Origin: Naegleria gruberi
Lineage: Eukaryota
Assembly (NCBI GenBank): GCA_000004985.1
Contig: GG738891.1
Length of the DNA: 64,000 nt
Direction: 5' to 3' (one strand)
Shown here piece by piece: positions 22,301 through 31,300 of the stretch. A model generated the notes under the pieces. It had not been told where the DNA came from. It made no database searches and was given only the letters and a program-made list of their open reading frames with translations. Both the position numbers and the translations under genes were made by a program. The stretch's first letter is position 1, and each line of letters opens with the position of its first letter.

Positions 22301-25300
22301 TGTCAACACATTTTCCAAAATTATTACAAACAAGAGATGAGTTTGAAGAGATCGAATCACAAGTAGTAAATTCACAATTCGATCCAAAATATCCTTCTCT
22401 ACATTCACATCTATTGTACTCTGAACAGATTCCTCGGCCACTACATACAGACCTATTATTCGAATCCACTCGGTCACAAGTTGTAAGTTCACACCAATCA
22501 CCGAAATAATTCTGAGAGCAGTTACAATAATTTGGACCATAGCAAGTACCCCTGGAATTACAAACTCTTGAATCATTGCTCATCGTTCCATTACAATATG
22601 TCAATTCGCATTCTAATCCAAAACTAAACTCATTACACTCACACTTATTGTAATCAACACATTTGCCATTTTTTGAACAAGTTTCATTGGAATTAAAAAC
22701 TCCAAAACATGAAAATTCGCTGCAATTAAACCCAAAGTATCCATAACTGCATTCACAGGTATCGTATGCAGTACATTTACCCTTTCCATTACAAACTTGA
22801 GAATGTTGTGAATCAACTCCATAACAACTGGTCAACTCACAAAAGGAGCCCCAATAGTACGGTTCTATACAAGAGCACACATCAGGATTAGAACAGTTGC
22901 CTCTACCAACATCAGTACACTTTCCAATTAGTCCATTACATATTGGAATATCACAATCTGAGCCACCATAACCTAAAGTCTCATTACATGTGCAATTATT
23001 GAAATTTTCACACAATCCTCTCAAATTACAAACCAATGGTGAAGTGTTTTCAATGAGATTACATGTTGTAAATTGACACCACTCTCCATAATGACCCTCT
23101 TCACATGAACAAACATCGGTTTTTGTGCATTTTCCATGACCATTACAAACAAGAGTTTCATTTCCCAAAGTGCCATTACAATACAATACTGAACAATCAA
23201 CTCCAAAAGTGTCTGGTCTACAAGAGCAGGTATTGAAATCTGTACAATTTCCATTTCCAGAACAAACAGTTGGAGAGTTTGGAAGCAAATCAAAACATGT
23301 GAATAAATTGCAGTCCTCTCTGACATATGGTTGTAAAGGGTCAAAGGTTGATGGTTGACTGAATTTTGCTTGTTTCAAAATTAAATAACCACCTTCTGTA
23401 CAGGTTGACCAAATAGCTCCTTGAATATTATCTGAAACTATGAAATCGTGTCCATATCTTGCAATTACAGTTCCATGAACATTTCCAGAAAAGGTATTTC
23501 CATGAATTGCTGGATTGTAAACCCAATTTGCATTTCCAGAGCTGAAATAATAAGTCAACCAAAAAACATTTCTATAGGTAGCACATTTCAGATAGGTAAA
23601 ATCGGCGCCAAAATAGTGTACGAAAGGAAGCTTAAAGACCACTGGTTCAATTCCTACAATTGTAAACTTTTGGCCATTGATTGTCCATCCATTTTCCATG
23701 CAATAGACACCTCCTCTGTTGATGATAATGTTTCTACCCATGTCAGTGTCTGGATTTTTTATCATGTAATCACAAGGAAGGGCCAGAAGCTCCTGCATCT
23801 TATTAGAAACTTGTTGAACTAATTCTAAACCGTAATTTTCTGAACTGTTTGTAACTATAGCACTTCCATTGGCAACATAGGGATAAACTGGATCTGGATA
23901 AACATAATTTGGAGGATTAATGACGAATGAAGGTATTGCAATACTAGCAGAAAGTGGCGCGTTATCCAAACTATTCTTAACTAAAACTATTGGAATGTTG
24001 GAGATTAATTTATAACCAGCAAATATATCATTTTCGCACAAGGTTCCAGAAAAGCCAGCACTACAAGTACATTGATCAAATGCATAGCAACGTCCTCTTC
24101 CAGAACAAACTGAACTATTCGTATTTTCAATGCCGAAACATGAAGTAAATTGGCAGAAAGTTCCATAATAATTTTGAGAACAGGAGCAATTATTTGGAGC
24201 AAAACAAGCACCTCTTCCAGGTGCAGTACAAATTCCTACCAAATTATTACAAATAGGAATATCACAATTAGGTCCGCCAAATCCCATTTCTGTCCTACAT
24301 GTACAATTATCGAAATAGTCACAAATTCCACTACTGTTACAAACAAGAGGTGAATATTTGGAAACTCCTGCACATGTTGTAAACTCACAAAAAGTTCCAT
24401 TGTGTCCAAAGTCACATTGACATGTATCCTTGGCCACACATCGTCCGTGTCCACTACAAACATTTGAAACATTACTAAGAATTCCATTACAAAAGGAAAG
24501 TGAGCATTGAGGACCATAACTATCTGAATTACATATACAGGTGTCAAAATCTACACATTTACCCCTTCCAGAACATGTCATATTTGAAGTTGACACAATG
24601 CCATAACAATTCACACGAGAACAGAAAGTTCCATCATAATACGAATCTTGTGGATTAAATGTTATAGGTGCTGACAGTTTTACATCTTTAAAATTGAGAT
24701 TTCCTTTAGAATTTGGTGAATGAATCATCAAAGATCCTTGTATGTCACCTGTAACTGTCAAATCAGCATTGCTATTTGCGATCATTGTTCCTTGAACAGT
24801 TCCAGAAATAGTTAAATTAGAGTTTGCATCAGTGGATAGGAAGAGTAAATTTCTATAAGTTGCGCACTCAAGATATGAAACCTTGGATCCAATATAATTA
24901 AAATACGGAGCTTTAAAGACAACTTGTTCAGTACCTATTATGGTTAAAGACATTTTGTTAATTGTCCATCCTTGCTTCAAGCAATAAACCATTCCACCTC
25001 TAATAGTGATGCTAGTAGTCAATTCCAAGTCTGGATTAGTAACATTAACTGTACATGGTAATGCTATTAATTCAGTTACTTTTTTTGTTAATTCTTGAGA
25101 AAGAATTTGTCCGCTAGATGTTGTAGTATTCTTAATGACTGCATCTCCATTCGAAACATATTGGAATTGATACTTTTCTGTAACCATTAGTGGAATTGCA
25201 ATACTGGCCAATAGATATGAATTGGATCTTGAGTTTTTTACCAAATTTAGTTTCTTATTGGTGATGAGTTTGTATCCAGCAAAAAGATCATTTTGACAGT

Positions 25301-28300
25301 TAGTGCCAGAGAAACCTGCTCTACAAGAGCATGTATTGTAATCTGTACAATAACCATGTCCACTACAAACCATCGAATCATTGGAAATAAGCCCAAAACA
25401 AGTAGTCAACTCACAATTCACACCCAAATATCGTGAAGATGAGCATGTACAAGTATTAGCATTCGAACAAGTTCCTCTTCTCGAACAAACATTAGGATTT
25501 GAAGCATTCAAACCGAAACACATGGAAACATTGCACCAAGTTCCAGTAAATTTCGAATAATCAGCGCAAGTGCAATTATTGAAAGGCCAACAAGTTCCAT
25601 GCCCACCACAAACTAATGAAGAATTTGAAGATGAAATGGAAGCACAAGTTGTTTGATTGCAATTTGGTCCAAAATAATTGGATTTACAGGAACAAGTGTC
25701 AGTTGCCAAACAACTTCCCAATCCATTGCAAGTTTGTGTGGAATTACTCCAAATGCCAAAGCATTTCTGAATGGAACAATTCGTTCCATAATATCCATCG
25801 TAACATTTACATGTGTCAATAGCAGAACAAACACCTTTTCCACTACAAACATTTGTTGAATTTTTGAGAATTCCAAAACATTTGTAAATTTCACAATTAC
25901 TTCCAGAATATCCTGTCTTACAAGTACAATTGTTGTAATCAATGCATTTACCAAATCCTGAACAAGTTAGTGAATTATTTGATTCAATTCCACCACAAGT
26001 TGTCAAATCACAGAATTGACCATGATAACGTTGTGAACAGTTACAAACATCTGGATAGATACATGAACCATGAGTATTACAAACTGATGAAAGAGAAGCC
26101 TTTGTTCTATTGCAAATAGGAATTTCACAATCTAATCCAGTATAACCAAACTCTGAACTGCAATTACAATTATTGTAAACTTGACAAGAACCTCTTTCTC
26201 TACAAGCCAAGGAAGAATTTGATGAAACACCATTACATGTGGTTAGCTCACAGAATTTTCCGTAATAATGAGCATTACACTCACAAATGTCTTTGGCAGA
26301 ACAAATTCCTCTACCAGAACAAACAGTTGATATGTTACTGAAAATTCCATCACATTTAGATATGGAACAATCACTTCCATAGGCATCCTCTGAGCATACA
26401 CAAGTGTTATAATCTATGCATTGTCCTCTTCCATGACATGTACTATTTAAATTTGAAGAAACATTATAGCAAGAAGTGTAATTACAAAAATCTCCGATAT
26501 ACTTTTCATGAGTATCAAAAGTTAATGGTACAGCAAGAGAAACTTCATGTAAAATTGAGGTAGAGCTTCCTGTTACCCATAATTGACCATCAAACGGTCC
26601 TATTACCGTCATTGATCCAGAATAATTGGGAATGTACGTTCCAAGAATTGGTGGTAAATAATTTGTCAACTTGTTTCCTCCTTCAATCACAGTGGAACCA
26701 CCAATTATCCAGAAAAAGTTTCTATGGGATGCACATTCCAGTAGCAATATGTTTGCATTAGTAATTGTAAGAGACTGAACTTTGAAAATCACTAGTTCAG
26801 TACCAATAATTACAATTCTTTGGGACGAGTTGATTGTCCAAGTGAAATCAAAACAAAATACCCCAGATTTTCTAACAACAAGTTCTTTAGGTATTTGTGA
26901 TGAGCTGGTAAATCGTTGAGTGCAGGCCATTGCTATCAAGCTAGTTCTTTTTCTCTTCATTTTTTGAATAATCACATTTGACAGCGAGATAGAACTTTTA
27001 GTCATGGTTGCCTTTCCCTTGGATTTTAAAGTAATTCCGGTACTACTCATAGAACCATAAATAATACTTGATCCAAAGTACCTAGTTAAGCTGTTTACAA
27101 CTGGCTGATAATAGTTGTTCGAATATTCAATTTCGAATACACCTGGAGTATCAGAAATGAGACCATACCCAGCAAACATATCATACATGAATCTTTCACA
27201 ATAGATTCCATCATATTCGTCCTGACAAGAGCATGTTTCGTACAAATTACAAGCTCCATGTCCATTACAAACAAACGAATCATTCGAAGCAGTTTGGTTA
27301 CAAGTTGTCAGTTGACACCAATCACCATAATAATGATCATTACATAAACAGCTATTAGGGGATGTACACTTTCCGTGTGAGCTACAAACATTCGAATTAT
27401 CGCTATAAGTTCCATTACAAATTGTAATCTGACAATTCAATCCAAAATAATTTGGAATACAGGAACAAGTATTTGGGGCCATGCATGAACCTTTAGAAGA
27501 ACAAGTTGAATTCAACAAGCTAGATACTCCATTGCAATCATACTTATTACAAATTGTATCGTAATAACCTGATTTACATGTACAAGTTTCGAATGCAGTA
27601 CAAGTACCATGTGAGGAACAAACGGCCGTGTTATTCGATTCAGTTCCATTACAAGTAGTTACCTCACAATTAACACCATAGTAATGTTCTTTGCAGTGAC
27701 ATGTATTTGGTTCTGTGCAGTTACCTCTACCTGAGCAGACTTTCGAATCAGTGGCAGGTTTAGAATAACAAACAGGGATTTGACATTCAGATCCAGTATA
27801 TCCCTTTAGAGGATTACAAACACAAGTATTATAAGGCCAACAAGTACCCCTTTCATTACAAACGGTGGTGTTTGTGGAATTAATTCCAAAACATGTTGTA
27901 AATTGACATTTGAAGCTTTCGTAATTTGGTTTACAGACACAGGTGTCAGTATCTACACATGTGCCTTCTCCGCTACAAACATGTGATACATCATTACTTA
28001 AATACCCATAACACTTGGAAATTGAGCAATCATTTCCATAATATCCATCTCTACATTTACAATTATTGTAATCTAAACATTCACCTCTTCCAGAGCAAGT
28101 TGTGTTTGAATTTCTATTGATTCCATAACAATTAAATTCTTGACAATTATTTCCGTAATAGTTCGTCTTACAATCGCACTTTTCAAAGGCAGAACAAGAA
28201 CCATGAGATGAACAAACAGTTGAATTTGTTGAATTAATTTCTGAACATGTTGTCACTTGACATAGATCACCAAAGTAATGATCTGAACAATTACATACAG

Positions 28301-31300
28301 AAGGAGAGATGCAAGAACCATGTGCACTGCATACTGCACTACCAGTTGCCAAAATTCCTTTACAAATAGGAACTTGGCAATAGCTTCCTCCATATCCATA
28401 ATTGGAATTACAAGAACAGTTTTCATATTTGATGCATTGTCCTCTTCCACTGCAAACATCTGAAGAATTGCTGGAAATACCTCCACAAGTAGTCAATTCA
28501 CAGAAAGTTCCATAATAATTAGCATTACAAGAACAAGTATCTGGTCCTACACATTTTCCTCGAGTGGAGCAAACTGAAGATGTATTGCTATATGTGGAGT
28601 TACATAAGAACAAGGAGCAATCTAATCCAAAAGCACCTTCTAGACACTTGCATGTATCAATATCGACACAAACACCCTTTCCTGAACAAGTTGTATTTGA
28701 GTTGGATTTTTCATTGTAACATGTTGTAAAGTTACAAAAATCTCCAACTATTTGATCATAAGGATCAAATGTTATAGGAGCTGTAAACTTCACATTACTT
28801 AATTCTATCATCCCTAAATTCCAAATCTGACCTTCAACAAGACCACTAATTGGCAAATAGTCAACCGATGAAACAAGAGTTCCATACAGAGGACCCACAA
28901 CACGTGAAGTGAAATTCACAGACTTTCCTATGAACCAATAAACATTTCTAAATGACGAACATTCTAAATGAATCATTGAAACATTCTTATAATCAATACT
29001 TGGTGCTTTGAATACAATTGTCTCTGTACCAATTATTGTAATCTTTGTAGAAGAAACTGTTAAAGTTGAATTAAAGCAATAGACTCCTCCCTTTCTAATT
29101 ACCATAGAATTTGCAAAGAATGATAGAGAATTTGATATGTAATAGTTGCATCTCAATAGATTTAACTCTTGAACTTTTTCTTTCATTTGTCGAAGCAATT
29201 CTATACCAATTGGTTGACTTGTATTTGTAATGATAGCATTTCCATTAGAAATGTATTCGTATTGACCTTGAGAAACATTCATTGATGGTATAGCTATACT
29301 TGCCATCAAAGGGGAATTAGTTTGCAAGTTGATTTTTACATTGATTTTCGACTCACTGATTAATTTGTATCCAGCAAAGTAATCATGAATGAAAAGTTCA
29401 CAATTTGAACCATTATAACGAGTTACACATTCACAGATATCATAATCTAGACATTTTCCGTTTCCAGAACAAGCTAATGAAGAATTAGAAACCTCGCCAA
29501 AACATGTTGTCATTTCACACAAACTTCCCAAATAATTGCTATCACATGAACAGAGATCTGTAGAAGTACATGATCCGTGAGAGCTACATACAGAAGAAAC
29601 GTTGCTAAATACCCCGTTACATGTAGTTACTTCACAAGTATTTCCATAGAAATTTGTATTGCATTCACAAGTGTCTATATCAATACAATTTCCATTTTTG
29701 GAGCAAGATAAACCAGAGGCCATTCCTATTCCAAAGCAATCATATTCCTGACAAATCTTACCATAATAACCTTCCATGCATGAACAATTGTTAAAATCTG
29801 TGCATTCACCATGTCCAGAGCAAACCAAAGAATCATTTGAACTGATTCCATCGCATGTGGTCAACTCACATAAATTTCCAAAGTATGTGTCACTGCAATT
29901 ACAATAATCCAGCAATACACAATTTCCTCTATGGTTACACACCGTTTCATTGGTAGATATTATACCTTTGCAATATGTAAGTTCACATGAAAATCCCTCA
30001 AACCCTTCAAAACAAGTACAATTCTCAGCCATCGCACAAATTCCATTTCCATTACAAACAGTTGTGTCATTTGACAATACTCCACCACACAAGGTTTCAG
30101 AGCATGTCTCACCAAAATAGTTCAATTCGCAAAGGCAACTGTTTGTACTATGGCAAGAACCTCTTCCAGAGCAAACAGAACTGTCATTACTCGAAATACC
30201 ATTACAATAGGAAATTTCACACATCGCTCCCTCATATCCTTCTTCACATTGACAAGAATCAATATCTAAGCATTGACCCCTTCCAGAACAAACTTTACTA
30301 TTGTTCAAAGATAAACCGAAACAATTAAAAATTTCACATTCTTGTCCATAGTATCCTTGGGCACATTCACAATAATTGAAAGAAGAACAACTTCCTCTCA
30401 TGGAACAAACTGATGTAGAGTTGGATTCTAATCCAAAACACGTGGTTGATTGACAGAATTCTCCATAATAATTATCTGTACAATTGCAAATATTAACATC
30501 AATACATTGACCTCTTTCTGGTTGAGTGCAATAACCAACCAATCCATTGCACGTTGGAATATCACAATTGGATCCTCCATAAAGAAATGATGCATCACAA
30601 GAGCAATTATTAAATTTCTCACATGAACCTCTTTGATTACAGGCATTTGGTGATAAATTTGAAATACCATCACAAGTTCTGAATTGACACCAAGTACCAT
30701 TATTTCCATATTCACAAAGACAAGTATCTGTAGAGATACATTGACCATTTCCACTGCATGCATTCGATTCATTTCCAAGTACTCCATTACATTTGGAAAT
30801 AGAACAATCGTGTCCATAACTTTCTGAAGGACACAAGCATGCGTCCAAGCCAACACATAATCCCCTTCCTCCACAAACGCTCGCCTCACTCGATAACACT
30901 CCAAAACAATAGGTACTTAAGCATTGTGCAGTAATATAGGTATCATATGGATTGAAAGTTATTGGCGGACTAAACACGAGATCAAAAACAATCAATTGAG
31001 TTCCTCCGACATACCAGATTGCTCCTTGGACATTGTGGTAAACCTCCAAGCTGTAATAAGGAGAGGCTCCTATCACTGTACCATGAATTGTTCCTGTGAA
31101 AAAGTTGCCATTCAATCCTCTATCAAATGTCAACCAGAAAAAGTTTCTGTAAGAGGCACATTCCAAGTAATAGAAAGTGGCTCCATAGTAGTAGACAAAA
31201 GGAGTTTTGATTACAACAGGTTCTGTACCAATCACTACAAAAGTATAAGATGAATCTATGGCCAATCCATTTGGAAAACAATACACTCCTCCATGTTTGA